Shown here piece after piece: positions 1-12,473 of a stretch of DNA of 64,000 nucleotides; position 1 is the first letter of the stretch, and every line of letters begins with the position of its first letter. Origin of the DNA: an uncultured Gemmatimonadales bacterium (lineage in GTDB: Bacteria > Gemmatimonadota > Gemmatimonadetes > Longimicrobiales > Longimicrobiaceae); contig OY970303.1 of the NCBI GenBank assembly GCA_963716255.1, forward strand, positions 1,440,001 to 1,504,000. The letters are read 5' to 3'. Both the position numbers and the translations under genes were made by a program. Below the pieces are notes generated by a model. It saw only the letters and a list, made by a program, of their open reading frames with translations. It made no database searches and was not told where the DNA came from.

Positions 1-357
1 CACACCGTCTTCCGCCCGGCGCGGATGACCCCCGAGCAGCTGGAGGAGGGCTACTGGCGGGCCTACCGCGACTTCTACCGCTGGGGATCCATCTTCCGCG
101 GGGCGGCGGCCAAGGACACGCTGCTGGAGAAAGCCCGGCACGTGGCGTACGCCGGGGGGTGGAAGAAGCTGGAGCCGCTGTGGGATTGGGTGATCCGCGC
201 CCGCCGGGTGTCGCGGATGCGGCCGGCGCTGGAGGGGGTGCTCACCGGCTTCGGCCGGCACCGGCCCACGCGGGACGCCGGGCCGCTCCTGCCCGGTGCC
301 GGGAGCGGGTCTCCCCGGCGCTCTACGGGAGCGGAGCCCGCGCGAGCGTCAGCGTGA
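1..357 (+). CDS. C-terminal part of a probable B12-binding radical SAM protein (5' truncated by window)
   Basis: Open frame from base 1: [26 protein letters not shown] resembles the C-terminus of this family; catalytic motif lies outside the window. Confidence 0.55.
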   Translation, partial: HTVFRPARMTPEQLEEGYWRAYRDFYRWGSIFRGAAAKDTLLEKARHVAYAGGWKKLEPLWDWVIRARRVSRMRPALEGVLTGFGRHRPTRDAGPLLPGAGSGSPRRSTGAEPARASA

Positions 358-2083
358 ACGTGCTCCCCTCGCCCGGGGTGCTCCGGGCCGTCAGCTCGCC
401 GCCCATGGCGCGGGCGAGGTCGCGGCTCACCGCCAGGCCAAGCCCGGTTCCTTCCTGCGGGCTGGTCAGCGAGCGGCCCACCTGCACGAACGGCTCGAAG
501 ACCGCCTGGAGCATGTCCGCGGGGATCCCGCACCCCGTGTCGCGGACGGAAAGCCGCACGTCGTCGTCCCCAGCCTCGCAGAGGATGTCGATCCCCCCGC
601 CGGCCCCGGTGAACTTGACCGCGTTGGAAAGGAGGTTCACCAGGATCTGCCGGAGCTTGTCCGGGTCGGCGCGCACGGCCAGCGCCGGGGAGCACCCGGG
701 GACCCTGAGCTCCAGCCCCCTGGCGCGGGCCTGCGGCGCGACCAGTCCCTCGGCCATCGCGAGCGTTTCGCGCACCCCCACCTCGCGCACGTCGAAGTGC
801 ACCGTGCCCGCTTCCAGCATGGCGTAGTTGAGCACCTGGTTGATCAGCCCCAGCAGGTGCCGCTGACTCCGCCGGATGCGGGCCAGGCTCTCGACCTGCT
901 CCCCGGTGACGGGGCCGTGGATCCCCATCTCCATCAGCTCGGCGTACCCGCCGATGGCGTTCAGCGGCGTCCTCAGCTCGTGGCTCATGACCGCCAGGAA
1001 GTCGCCCTTCGCCCGGTTGGCGGCCTCGGCCTCGGCGCGCGCCTGGCAGGCCTCGTCCAGGGCGGCGCGCTGGTCCAGGAGCAGCCGGTCCAGCTCGACG
1101 CCCTCGGCCCGCAGCCGCACCAGCTCGGTGACGTCCTCCACGTGGTGGATGATCGCGACCACCTCCCCCCGTGGGCCCGGGACGGGAACGTTGAGCGGGC
1201 TCCACCAGCGCACCTCGAACCCGCCGCCCGCGGATTGGGGCCGCCGGATGGGGTACTTCTGCAGCGCCATGCGGTCCGGGCGGCGCCCCCCGGCCACCCG
1301 CTCCAGCGAGGCGCGCAGGTTTCGCACGCCGTCGGCGGCGGGGTCGGCCGGGTCGTCGGGGAACACGTCGAACAGCCGATGCCCCAGGATGGCCTCGCGC
1401 CCGGTGAGCGTCGCGCGCAGGTAGGCGTCGTTCACCGCGACGATGGTGAACTCCGGCGGCGTGACGACCAGGTAAGGCGCCGGGGACGCGTGGAAGAGGA
1501 TCTGGAAGTCGGCGGACAGTCCGGCCGCGCCCGCGACCTCGCGCAGCCGCTGCTCGTTGTCGCGGAGCCGCTCCTGCGCGCGGGTCGGCCGCGCGGCCTC
1601 CACGACGGTGACGAGCACGCCGCCCACGCCGCCGTCGTCGTCCGGCACCGGGCTGCAGCTCAGCGTGAAGAACGCCTCTTCGGGATGGCCGTCGCGCTCG
1701 ACGCTCAGCCGCTGGTCGGCGAGCGTGAGCGATTCCCCCCGCCCGGCGACGCCCTCGACGAGAGCGGCGCACGAGTCCCAGGATCCGGGCCAGACCTCGC
1801 GCGCGGGCCGTCCGACCGCCGCCGCGTGCTTCCTCCCCAGGAGGGCCCGGTACCCGTCGTTGTAGACCGCGACCCGCTCGGTTCCCCACAGCACCATCAT
1901 CGCCACGGGCGACGCGAGCACCAGGCCGGCGGCCGTCCTCAGGCTGTGCGGCCACCGCTCCACGGGACCCAGCGGGGTCGCCGCCCAGTCCGTCGCGCGG
2001 CAGAGCGCCGCCATCTCCCCGGGGCCCGGGAAGGGAACCGCCTGCCGCCCCCCGCGATCATGGTCGTCCGTTCCGACGGTCAC
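323..2083 (-). CDS. PAS-domain sensor histidine kinase
   Basis: DWAATPLG N-terminal motif, PAS folds, H-box [31 protein letters not shown]; start uncertain (GTG 2083 or ATG 2014). Confidence 0.9.
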   Translation of the reverse strand: MTVGTDDHDRGGRQAVPFPGPGEMAALCRATDWAATPLGPVERWPHSLRTAAGLVLASPVAMMVLWGTERVAVYNDGYRALLGRKHAAAVGRPAREVWPGSWDSCAALVEGVAGRGESLTLADQRLSVERDGHPEEAFFTLSCSPVPDDDGGVGGVLVTVVEAARPTRAQERLRDNEQRLREVAGAAGLSADFQILFHASPAPYLVVTPPEFTIVAVNDAYLRATLTGREAILGHRLFDVFPDDPADPAADGVRNLRASLERVAGGRRPDRMALQKYPIRRPQSAGGGFEVRWWSPLNVPVPGPRGEVVAIIHHVEDVTELVRLRAEGVELDRLLLDQRAALDEACQARAEAEAANRAKGDFLAVMSHELRTPLNAIGGYAELMEMGIHGPVTGEQVESLARIRRSQRHLLGLINQVLNYAMLEAGTVHFDVREVGVRETLAMAEGLVAPQARARGLELRVPGCSPALAVRADPDKLRQILVNLLSNAVKFTGAGGGIDILCEAGDDDVRLSVRDTGCGIPADMLQAVFEPFVQVGRSLTSPQEGTGLGLAVSRDLARAMGGELTARSTPGEGSTFTLTLARAPLP

Positions 2084-2227
2084 GCCCGCACCCTCGTGGA
2101 TCCAAGGTTCGCCTGCCGGGGGAGCCGCATCGGCGCCGCCACGGAGCGAGCCTGATGCAGGTGTCGGACCGGCTTCACGAGGGCGGGGATGGGAGGAAGC
2201 CGGGACGGCGGGACCCGGAGCTGCCAA

Positions 2228-2269
2228 CGAGACGAGGCCGGGGCGATCGCTCGCCCCGGCCTCGTCTCG
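2228..2269. terminator. Perfect 19-bp inverted repeat downstream of gyrB
   Basis: CGAGACGAGGCCGGGGCGA-tcgc-TCGCCCCGGCCTCGTCTCG; no clear U-tract, so terminator role uncertain. Confidence 0.45.
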
Positions 2270-2274
2270 CAACT

Positions 2275-2410
2275 GCGTGAGGGATTTCGGCCCGAGGGGC
2301 GAGACCCGGCGGCTGTTTGCCGGGGCTCGACTCCGTTACGCACGGTTGTTTCGTGCGTTACGGAGCCGAAGCCCGACCCCGGCGCCAGCTGGGGGCACGC
2401 CCGGGCCCGC
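2275..2410 (+). repeat. Structured ~135-bp intergenic repeat, family 1, copy 1
   Basis: GCGTGAGGGATTTCGGCCC...GGGGGCACGCCC consensus shared with 11 other loci. Confidence 0.95.
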
Positions 2411-2421
2411 CGTAAAGCCGT

Positions 2422-4896
<2,475 letters not shown>

Positions 4897-4942
4897 TCAA
4901 AGAGAGCGGCGGAGTGGACGGCTGAACGGCAACGGAGAACTG

Positions 4943-5078
4943 CGGGGTCGGGCGTGCCCCCGGCTGGCGCCGGGGTCGGGCTGCGGCTCCGTAGCAGACG
5001 AAACGACCGTCTGCAACGGAGTCGAGCCCCGGCAAACTGCCGCCGGGTCTCGCCCCTCCGGGCCGAAATCCCTCACGC
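4943..5078 (-). repeat. Structured repeat family 1, copy 2
   Basis: Reverse complement of consensus; inner stem GCAGACG/CGTCTGC. Confidence 0.95.
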
Positions 5079-5146
5079 GGGGCTCGCGCTTGCGTCGGCG
5101 GGGCCCCCACCCGGCTCGCTTGAGGCTCGCACGGCTCGCCCCCTAT

Positions 5147-6532
5147 CAGGTTGCTGAAAAGCTTGTGCGCACGCGCGTGCGCGCGAGGGTGTGGCGTCGT
5201 AGATTGGGGAAAACCTGTCCTCACACTCTCGGGGAGCAGCCACGATGCGCGGACGAGTCAGCCAGCAGCACGCGATGTGGATGTTCTACGATCCGGAGAG
5301 CCTGCTCTCGCCTACGCATCCGCTGCGGGCGGTCAAGGCGCGAGCCGATGCGGTGCTGGCCGGGATGAGTCCGGAGTTCGACCGCGCCTACGCGGCTCTG
5401 GGACGGGCGAGTATCCCGCCGGAGATGCTGCTGAAGGCGCTGCTGCTTCAGGCGCTGCACTCGATCCGTTCGGAGCGGATGCTGGTGGAGCAGATCGGAG
5501 TGAACTTGGCTTACCGGTGGTTCCTGGACCTGGAGCCGCATGCGGGGGTGTGGGATGCGACCACGTTCACGCAGAACCGGGATCGGTTCGAGAAGCACGG
5601 GCTGGTGCGCACCTTCTTCGAGCGGATCATCGAGGGGGCGTACCTGGAGGAACTGGCGAGCCAGGAGCACTTCTCGATCGATGGCAGCCTGATCGAGAGC
5701 TATGCCTCGATGAAGAGCCTGCGCAAGATCGGCAGCCCGGACGAGAAGGTCAGCGACGGCTCGAAGGACGGCGACACGAGCAATCCCTCGGTGAACTTCC
5801 GCAAAGAGAAGCGGACCAACGCGACGCACCGCTCGCTCACGGACCCCGAGGCGCGCCTGGCGACCAAGAGCAAGGGAGTGCCGGCGCGGCTGTGCCATCT
5901 GCTGAACGCGCTGATGGAGAACCGGCACGGGCTGCTCATCGACGTCAGCGTGGTGGAGGCCGACGGGACGGGCGAGCGCGACCAGGCACTCCTGCTGCTG
6001 GAGCGCAGCCGGATTCGGCACGACTTGCCGGTGGAGCGCACGGTGGGGCTGGATGGGGGCTATCCCAGTGGCCCGTTCCTCCAGGCAGCCTATCAGGACG
6101 GTGTGAGCGCGCACGTGCCGATCCCGGAGGGGCCGATCGACCCGGACGCCAAGGGAGCCGAAGCGCGCAGCCGAGCCCGAGAGCGGATGGGTACGCCGGA
6201 GTACGCCCTCTCGCAACGCAAGCGTAAGCGGATCGAGGAGATCTTCGGCTGGGCAAAGGAGATCGGCGGGATGCGTCGGAGCCGCCACGTGGATCGCTGG
6301 AAGCTGACGCAGAAGGCGCTGATCGTGGGCGCCGCGTACAACCTCCTGCGCCTGGCACGCCTCGCGCCGGGTTTGCAGGCCCTCGCCTGAGGCACAGTGC
6401 GTCCGTGCACGCCGAAAATGGCTGCACGGGCGGGAAACCGGGCACCCCATACGCCGGAAAAGCCCCGTTTCGCTGATTCTGGAGTGGAAGTTTTCCACGT
6501 CACACTCCAGGCTGCCGTTTTTCAGCGACCTG
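5147..6532 (+). mobile_element. IS5-family insertion sequence, 1386 bp
   Basis: Terminal IRs CAGGTTGCTGAAAA / TTTTCAGCGACCTG (13 of 14 match); 4-bp TSD CTAT at 5143-5146 and 6533-6536. Confidence 0.92.
5245..6390 (+). CDS. IS5-family DDE transposase
   Basis: GRASIPPEMLLKALLLQ..SIRSER, FSIDGSLIES, TDPEARL, LDGGY, RKRIEEIFGWAK. Confidence 0.93.
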   Translation: MRGRVSQQHAMWMFYDPESLLSPTHPLRAVKARADAVLAGMSPEFDRAYAALGRASIPPEMLLKALLLQALHSIRSERMLVEQIGVNLAYRWFLDLEPHAGVWDATTFTQNRDRFEKHGLVRTFFERIIEGAYLEELASQEHFSIDGSLIESYASMKSLRKIGSPDEKVSDGSKDGDTSNPSVNFRKEKRTNATHRSLTDPEARLATKSKGVPARLCHLLNALMENRHGLLIDVSVVEADGTGERDQALLLLERSRIRHDLPVERTVGLDGGYPSGPFLQAAYQDGVSAHVPIPEGPIDPDAKGAEARSRARERMGTPEYALSQRKRKRIEEIFGWAKEIGGMRRSRHVDRWKLTQKALIVGAAYNLLRLARLAPGLQALA

Positions 6533-6595
6533 CTATATCCCCCGTTCCGGGGGAGGGGAACCTCCGTGCTTCGATTCGCGTCGTTGTCGTGTCGT

Positions 6596-6692
6596 GCTCC
6601 CCCTCTCCCCTTGTGGGAGAGGGGGCCGGGGGGTGAGGGGAGCCGTCGTCCTTCTCCCCTCCCCCTTGCGGGGAGGGGCCGGGGGAGGGGGT
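6596..6692. repeat. Purine/pyrimidine palindromic repeats (family 3), two hairpins
   Basis: CCCCCTCTCCCCTTGTGGGAGAGGGGG and CCCCTCCCCCTTGCGGGGAGGGG, each followed by a G-rich tail. Confidence 0.8.
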
Positions 6693-6718
6693 CCGCCGTC
6701 GCAGTTGCTGGCTGTCTC

Positions 6719-7852
6719 CTACCCCGCCCGCACCCGCCCGTCGCGCATCTCCCAGCGCGGCAGCGCGCCGCCGCGGATCTCCACGTCGCTGGCCTTGGGC
6801 GAGGTCAGGATCACCTGGCCGCCGCCCGTTCCCTCGATCCAGTCGATGATGCGGCGGGAGCGGCCGGGGTCCAGCTCGGCGAACACGTCGTCCAGCAGGA
6901 TCACGCTCTCGCGGCCGCGGGTGGCGCGGATGGTCTCCGCCTCCACCATGCGGAGCGCCACGGCCGCCGTGCGCTGCTGGCCGCCCGAGCCGTAGGTGCG
7001 CAGGTCCAGCGGGGCGGCGCCGGGACGCTCCATCTCGAAGCGCAGGTCGTCGCGGTGGGGGCCCACCAGCGTCATCCCGCGGCGGGTCTCGCGCTCCGCC
7101 ACGCGGCCCAGCTCCGCCCGGAAGGCCGCCGCGATCGCCGCGGCGGGGTCCGCGTCGCCCGTGTCCCACGCCCCCACCGAAGGGTCGTAGCCCAGGATCC
7201 CGCGGGGGCCGCCGGCCACCCGCGCGTAGTGCTCCGCGAAGCTGCCGCCCACCTCCCCCACCCAGGCGGCGCGCGCCGCCACCACCCGCGTCCCCCACGC
7301 CACCAGCCCCTCGTTCCACGCCGCCACCATCGCCGCGCCGGTCCCCTGGCGCAGCAGCGCGTTGCGCTGGAAGAGCACCTGCCGGAAGCGCTGCACCGCC
7401 GCCAGGTAGCCGGGCACCGCCAGCGACAGCACGATGTCCAGGAAGCGCCGCCGGCCGGCCGGCCCGCCCGCCACGATCTCCACGTCCGAGGGCGAGAAGA
7501 TCACCGCCCCCACCCCGCCGATCGCCTCCCCGATGCGCTCCGGCTCGGCCGCGTTGATCGTCACCTTCTTGCGCTTGCGCCGCCGCTCGAAGGCCGCCGC
7601 GATGGCGCGCTCCGTCCCGTCCTCGCCCCGCATGTGCGCCTCCACGCGGAACACCTCGTCGCCGAAGCGCACCAGCTGCTCGTCCGGCGCGCCGCGGAAG
7701 GAGCGGAAGATCTCCAGGTAGTAGACCGCCTCCAGCAGGTTGGTCTTCCCCTGGCCGTTGTCGCCGATGATGGCGACGCCGCCGGGGGGAAAGTCGAGCG
7801 CCTGGTCTTCCAGGTTGCGGAAGGCGTTCAGCTTGAGGCGGGAAAGGTACAC
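6719..7852 (-). CDS. recF: DNA replication/repair protein RecF
   Basis: FRN, GDNGQGKTN, RRRFLD, GPHRDDL, GSGGQQR, LLDDVFAELD. Confidence 0.96.
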   Translation of the reverse strand: MYLSRLKLNAFRNLEDQALDFPPGGVAIIGDNGQGKTNLLEAVYYLEIFRSFRGAPDEQLVRFGDEVFRVEAHMRGEDGTERAIAAAFERRRKRKKVTINAAEPERIGEAIGGVGAVIFSPSDVEIVAGGPAGRRRFLDIVLSLAVPGYLAAVQRFRQVLFQRNALLRQGTGAAMVAAWNEGLVAWGTRVVAARAAWVGEVGGSFAEHYARVAGGPRGILGYDPSVGAWDTGDADPAAAIAAAFRAELGRVAERETRRGMTLVGPHRDDLRFEMERPGAAPLDLRTYGSGGQQRTAAVALRMVEAETIRATRGRESVILLDDVFAELDPGRSRRIIDWIEGTGGGQVILTSPKASDVEIRGGALPRWEMRDGRVRAG

Positions 7853-7904
7853 CGGGGAGTGCGAAAGTGCGTGAGTGAGGAGGTGCGCCCGGGGCGGGCG
7901 GCCC

Positions 7905-8435
7905 TCAGCGCACCCGCGCGCCTTCGTGGGCCAGCAGCCACCGCTTGATCTTCGTGCCGTCGCCGTCCTCCCACGCGCCCAGGTAGCCGCCGATGGCGCC
8001 GCCGGCGGCGAGCACGCGGTGGCAGGGGACGACGATGGGGATGGGGTTGTGCGCGTTGGCCTGCCCCACGGCGCGGGAGGCGCCCGGCCTGCCCATCTCG
8101 CGCGCCACCTCGCCGTAGCTGCGCGTCTCGCCGAAGGGGATGCGGCAGAGCGCGTCCCACGTCGCGCGCCGGAACTCCGTCCCCTCCGGCGCGAGCGGCA
8201 GCGTGAACTCCCGCCGCTCGCCCGCGAAGTACTCGCGCAGCTCCCGCAGCACCTGCCACCCCGGCGCGTCGTCGCGCGTGGGTTCGTCGCGCGTCCCCGC
8301 CGGCGGGTGCTCGCCCTGCGGCCAGAAGCGCAGCGCCCGCACCCCCGCGTCGCCGTATTCCGCCAGAAGCGGCCCCACGGGCGACGCGACCAGCAGCCGC
8401 CGGGGCGGGCCGGGAGCCGCGGGGCCGGCGCTCAT
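7905..8435 (-). CDS. ogt: Methylated-DNA--protein-cysteine methyltransferase
   Basis: IPFGETRSYG, RAVGQA, active site PCHRV. Confidence 0.92.
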   Translation of the reverse strand: MSAGPAAPGPPRRLLVASPVGPLLAEYGDAGVRALRFWPQGEHPPAGTRDEPTRDDAPGWQVLRELREYFAGERREFTLPLAPEGTEFRRATWDALCRIPFGETRSYGEVAREMGRPGASRAVGQANAHNPIPIVVPCHRVLAAGGAIGGYLGAWEDGDGTKIKRWLLAHEGARVR

Positions 8436-8785
8436 CCTCCTTCCCCGCGGCCCGGCCGCTGCACGGGAGGCCGCTGGGACGCCCGGGCCATGTACACCCT
8501 CAAGAAGTGCCCACCCCACAGGAAGAGCGGGAAGTTGATGAAGAGCGCCATCCCCAGCGACAGGAGCGCTCCCGGCGCGAACAGCTCCCCCGGCGCGGAA
8601 ATCGAGCTGTAGGCTCGGAAACACCACTGGGACACCGCGGTAAGCAGCCAGACCGGGACGCTCCAGCCGAGCACCTCGCGCCGCGCGACCCGGTCCACGC
8701 GGACCAGCAGGCGCCGCGCCGTCCAGATGCAGAACGCCAGCCAGGCGGCGCCGAAGACACTGAAAGCGGCGATCCAGGGGTTCAT
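8432..8785 (-). CDS. Small membrane protein, unknown function
   Basis: Three hydrophobic segments; GGAGA RBS; stop overlaps ogt start (ATGA). Confidence 0.65.
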   Translation of the reverse strand: MNPWIAAFSVFGAAWLAFCIWTARRLLVRVDRVARREVLGWSVPVWLLTAVSQWCFRAYSSISAPGELFAPGALLSLGMALFINFPLFLWGGHFLRVYMARASQRPPVQRPGRGEGG

Positions 8786-8798
8786 GGGCGTCTCTCCT

Positions 8799-9584
<786 letters not shown>

Positions 9585-9677
9585 GGGTGCGTGCGGTCGC
9601 GTGAGGGGTTCAGGAGGACGCGACAAGCTACACAGGCGGGGGGGTAGGGGCAACGACGGAGGAACGGCTTCTTACGG

Positions 9678-9810
9678 CGGGTTCGGGCGTGCCCCCGGCT
9701 GCGCCGGGGTCGGGCTGCGGCTCCGTAACGCACGAAACAACCGTGCGTAACGGAGGCGAGCCACGGAAACAGCCCCGTGTCTCGCCGCTTCGCGCTCGCA
9801 TCCCTCACGC
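9678..9810 (-). repeat. Structured repeat family 1, copy 3 (divergent)
   Basis: Consensus recognisable, with compensatory changes in three stems. Confidence 0.9.
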
Positions 9811-9839
9811 GAGGCTCCGTGTGGGCGTCAGGTGACGGC

Positions 9840-9880
9840 AAAAAAAACCGCGGCGCGGCCGGGGGTCCGGGCCGCGCCGC
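9840..9880 (-). terminator. Intrinsic terminator after DapA-family gene
   Basis: GCGGCGCGGCC stem followed by a T8 tract on the minus strand. Confidence 0.75.
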
Positions 9881-9907
9881 TGGCTTCGCTCGCGTCGGGA
9901 GGCGGCG

Positions 9908-10819
9908 TCAGCCCACGCGCTCGGGGGCGAGGAGGCCGGCGGCGGCGAGGGCTTCGCGGGCCTGCTCCGCTTCCTTCGGGCGGAGGGGCTTCAGCGGGGG
10001 GCGGGGGGCGCCGCCGTGCAGGCCCAGCAGGTCCAGGGCGGCCTTGACGCCGGGGGTGCCCAGGGCCGCGACCACGCGGCGGTGTACCGGGGTGATGCGC
10101 TCCTGGAGGCGGCCGGCGCGGGCCACGTCGCCCTCCGTGTAGGCGCGGAACAGGGCGGCGCAGCCGCGGGGGTCCAGCAGCGACACGGCGAGGATCCCGC
10201 CCGTCGCGCCCACCTCCAGCGCGCCGTACAGCGAGTCGCCGCTCCCCACCAGCACCGCGCAGCGGCGCTCGCAGGCATCCGCCAGCGCGGCGAGCGTCTT
10301 CAGGTCGCCCGAAGAGTCCTTGATCCCCGCGATGTTGGGGTGGTGAGACAGCTCGCCCACCAGCCCCGCCGGGAGCTCCACCGTGCTGAAGCGCGGCGGC
10401 ACCGCGTACAGCACCACCGGCACGGGCGAGGCGTCGGCCACGGCCAGGTAGTGGTCGCGGAGCGCTTCGGGGGTCATGAGCGGGCGGAAGTACGCCGGCG
10501 GGTGCACCATCACCGCGTCGGCGCCCGCGTCGGCCGCGGCGCGCGTCATCCGCACCGTCGCGCGGGTGGACTCCGCGCCCGTGCCGGCCAGCAGCAGGCG
10601 GCCCGCGTCCACCACGTCGCGCGCGGCGGCAAGGGCGCGCGTGCGCTCGTCCTCGTCCAGGAGCACGCCCTCGCCCGTGGAGCCGAAGAGCACCACCCCG
10701 GCCAGCTCCTCCCGCAGCCAGGCGCGCAGGTTGGCGCGCAGCGCCACCACGTCCACCTCGCCCGTGACCGCGTCGAACGGCGTCACCGCCGGCGCCAGCA
10801 CTCCGCGCAGTTCCACCAT
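9908..10819 (-). CDS. Dihydrodipicolinate synthase (DapA/NanA) family aldolase
   Basis: GSTGE, LLAGTG, VLYAVP, GIKDSSG. Confidence 0.9.
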   Translation of the reverse strand: MVELRGVLAPAVTPFDAVTGEVDVVALRANLRAWLREELAGVVLFGSTGEGVLLDEDERTRALAAARDVVDAGRLLLAGTGAESTRATVRMTRAAADAGADAVMVHPPAYFRPLMTPEALRDHYLAVADASPVPVVLYAVPPRFSTVELPAGLVGELSHHPNIAGIKDSSGDLKTLAALADACERRCAVLVGSGDSLYGALEVGATGGILAVSLLDPRGCAALFRAYTEGDVARAGRLQERITPVHRRVVAALGTPGVKAALDLLGLHGGAPRPPLKPLRPKEAEQAREALAAAGLLAPERVG

Positions 10820-10826
10820 GGCCTCC

Positions 10827-11675
10827 TCAGCCCCGCACGGCGGCGGGCATTTCCTCGTACAGCGGCAGGTGCAGGGTGAAGGTGGTCCCCACCCCCGGCT
10901 CCGACTGCACCTCGATCGTCCCCCCGTGCGCCTCCACGATCTCGCGGCAGATGGAAAGACCCAGCCCCATCCCCTTGCCCTTGGTGGAGACGAAGGGCTC
11001 GAAGATCCCCTCCAGGCGGTCCGGCGGGATCCCCGGCCCGTTGTCCGCCACGCGCACCGACGCCATGATGCCCACCCGCTCCACGCCCAGCATCAGCAGC
11101 GCGCCCGGCTGGCCGGCCATGGCCTCGCAGGCGTTGCGGACCAGGTTGTCGAGCGCCTGCTGCAGGTAGTACGCGTCGCCCAGGATGGTGGCTTCCGAAA
11201 CGGCCGACGCGTCCACCCGGATCCCCCGCTCCGCCGCCTCCCGCTCCTCCTGCCGGGCCAGGTGCCGCAGCATGTCGTGCAGGCGCAGCGGCTCCCGCGC
11301 CAGCGCCCGCCGCGAGCCGGACGCGTACACCGACAGCTCGTTGAGCATCGCCACCAGCCGCTGCGACTCCCCCACGATGGCCTCCGACACCTCCCGGCGC
11401 GACACCGGGTCGCCCACGATGCCGTCGTCCATGAGCAGGTCGGCGTGCAGCACGATGGTCTGCAGCGGGTTCTTGACCTGGTGCAGGATGCGCGCGGTGG
11501 CCGTGCCCATTGCGGCCAGCTTCTCCTCCTCCACCCGGTGGCGGATGGTGCGCCGCAGCAGCGCCACCACGACGCCGGCCGCGAACAGCACCACGCTGAG
11601 CACCACCACCACGTTCACCCAGAAGAACAGCTTGGTGTTGGGGAGCGGGCTCTGCTGGACGAGGGCGAGGAGCAT
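10827..11675 (-). CDS. Single-TM histidine kinase with no obvious sensor domain
   Basis: HQVKNPL, NLVRNACEAM, DNGPGI, FEPFVSTK, GMGLGL. Confidence 0.88.
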   Translation of the reverse strand: MLLALVQQSPLPNTKLFFWVNVVVVLSVVLFAAGVVVALLRRTIRHRVEEEKLAAMGTATARILHQVKNPLQTIVLHADLLMDDGIVGDPVSRREVSEAIVGESQRLVAMLNELSVYASGSRRALAREPLRLHDMLRHLARQEEREAAERGIRVDASAVSEATILGDAYYLQQALDNLVRNACEAMAGQPGALLMLGVERVGIMASVRVADNGPGIPPDRLEGIFEPFVSTKGKGMGLGLSICREIVEAHGGTIEVQSEPGVGTTFTLHLPLYEEMPAAVRG

Positions 11676-11722
11676 GGGCGGGGGTGCGGGCCCGGGAACG
11701 GCGGACGCCGGCGGGGACCGGG

Positions 11723-12085
11723 CTAGTCCTCGTCCAGCGCGGCGTCGCCCGTGGCGCGGGTGATGGAGAGCACGACCGTCTCCCCCTGCTCCGGCCCGTC
11801 GGGGACGACGGTCTCGATGGTGATGCGCCGCACCACCTGGCGCGCGTCCTGGACCGCGATCTCCACGTCGATCCCCAGCTCCGGCGCGGTGACGCGGGTC
11901 CGCACGCGGGTCCCGGGGTCCTGCAGCGGGGCGTCCGGGTTGCGGAAGAGAGTCTTGGTGGACTGGCGCCCCGTTTCCAGGTCGCGGGTCACCTTGATCT
12001 GCCGGAACCAGTCGGGCTGGTACCCGATGCGGTACTCGTGCCCGCGCTGGTCCTCGCCCCTCCCGTCACGATTGTGTCGTGCCAT
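11723..12085 (-). CDS. Hypothetical protein
   Basis: Protein-like composition, GGAG RBS, no motif recognised. Confidence 0.6.
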   Translation of the reverse strand: MARHNRDGRGEDQRGHEYRIGYQPDWFRQIKVTRDLETGRQSTKTLFRNPDAPLQDPGTRVRTRVTAPELGIDVEIAVQDARQVVRRITIETVVPDGPEQGETVVLSITRATGDAALDED

Positions 12086-12215
12086 CCCGAACTCCGCGTA
12101 CGGCGGTCACCTGAGTGCAGCAGTCGACCGGGAATCTCTCCCCACCCCCTCGCCTTGTCAAGAATTCGGCGGAGACGGTGCGTCGAGAATGGACGGCAAC
12201 GGCTTACGGCGACGG

Positions 12216-12355
12216 CGGGTTCGGGCGTGCCCCCGGCTGGCGCCGGGGTCGGGCTTCGGCTCCGTAACGCACGATAAAACTGTGCGTAACGGAGTCGAGC
12301 CCCGGCGGAAACTGCCCCGCCGGGTCTCGCCCCTCCGGGCCGAAATCCCTCACGC
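12216..12355 (-). repeat. Structured repeat family 1, copy 4
   Basis: Reverse complement of consensus. Confidence 0.95.
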
Positions 12356-12384
12356 AACGAATTGCCCGTACTCAACATCCAGCA

Positions 12385-12473
12385 GGTGCCCCCTCTCCCA
12401 GAATTGGGACAGGGTGGCGAGCCTCAAGCGAGCCGGGTGAGGGCCGTAGTTGCAGGCTGTTCCCTGTTCCCTA
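12385..12473 (-). repeat. Family 3 module with GGGAACA tandem and GGCTCGCTTGAGGCTCGC core
   Basis: Matches 32964-33060, 27098-27175 and 46300-46345. Confidence 0.8.

Noticed and set aside
2275..2410. Family 1 as tRNA or riboswitch
   Set aside because: No T-loop, anticodon arm or CCA; occurs in both orientations next to unrelated genes
7858..7872. Short GTGCGAAAGTGCG motif, also at 15061
   Set aside because: Only two short copies, one being part of the rho terminator; too little to interpret
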